Virus record (IMG/VR): IMGVR_UViG_3300021962_007022
Location: 4,245 to 68,244 of that record
Reading direction: 5' to 3' (one strand)
DNA from: a virus
Length of the DNA stretch: 64,000 nucleotides
How positions within the stretch are numbered: position 1 is the stretch's first letter; every line of letters starts with the position of its first letter. Made by a program: the position numbers and the translations under genes. The notes beneath the pieces were generated by a model. The model saw nothing but the letters and a program-made list of their open reading frames with translations. It searched no databases and was not told the origin of the DNA. Below are positions 63,997 through 64,000 of the stretch, in pieces.

Positions 63997-64000
63997 ATCA

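Noticed and set aside
1-64000. Diversity-generating retroelement, integrase, rRNA or tmRNA
   Set aside because: No reverse transcriptase, recombinase or recognisable signatures seen in this window

Overview
64 kb segment of a large T4-like (Tevenvirinae/Kyanoviridae-style) myophage genome; the host is probably a Gram-negative proteobacterium (sigma70 promoters, IHF boxes, TonB-dependent receptor). 1-31.6 kb is the late baseplate/tail module (S74-chaperone fibre, split DUF4815-like protein, gp8, a 2154-aa Thr-rich protein, gp7, gp6, gp25, PAAR, gp5 with M15 peptidase, hub, gp53, gp48; then divergently gp4, gp2, gp54, gp26, gp51, tape-measure-like). 31.6-64 kb is an all-minus-strand early/middle and accessory region: gp32, gp59, DNA ligase, gp33, dCMP deaminase, many small hypothetical genes, methyltransferases, 2OG-Fe(II) oxygenases, carbamoyltransferase modules, a TonB-dependent receptor and 27 tRNA genes covering all 20 amino acids with structured spacers. 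The main discovery is the Thr-rich protein (10943-17407): two ~440-aa arms flank a Gly-rich adhesin-like domain and are residue-by-residue complementary in antiparallel register (aromatic opposite Lys/Arg/small, Thr opposite Thr, identical 4/6 spacing), like an RNA stem-loop written in protein, implying a ~150 nm single-chain beta-hairpin fibre that appears attached to gp7 via a domain split across the gene boundary. Other highlights: repeated IHF-box promoter cassettes, leaderless genes, an rrn-like boxB-boxA leader on the tRNA operon and several candidate ncRNAs. All assignments are from reading the sequence; no database searches were run.
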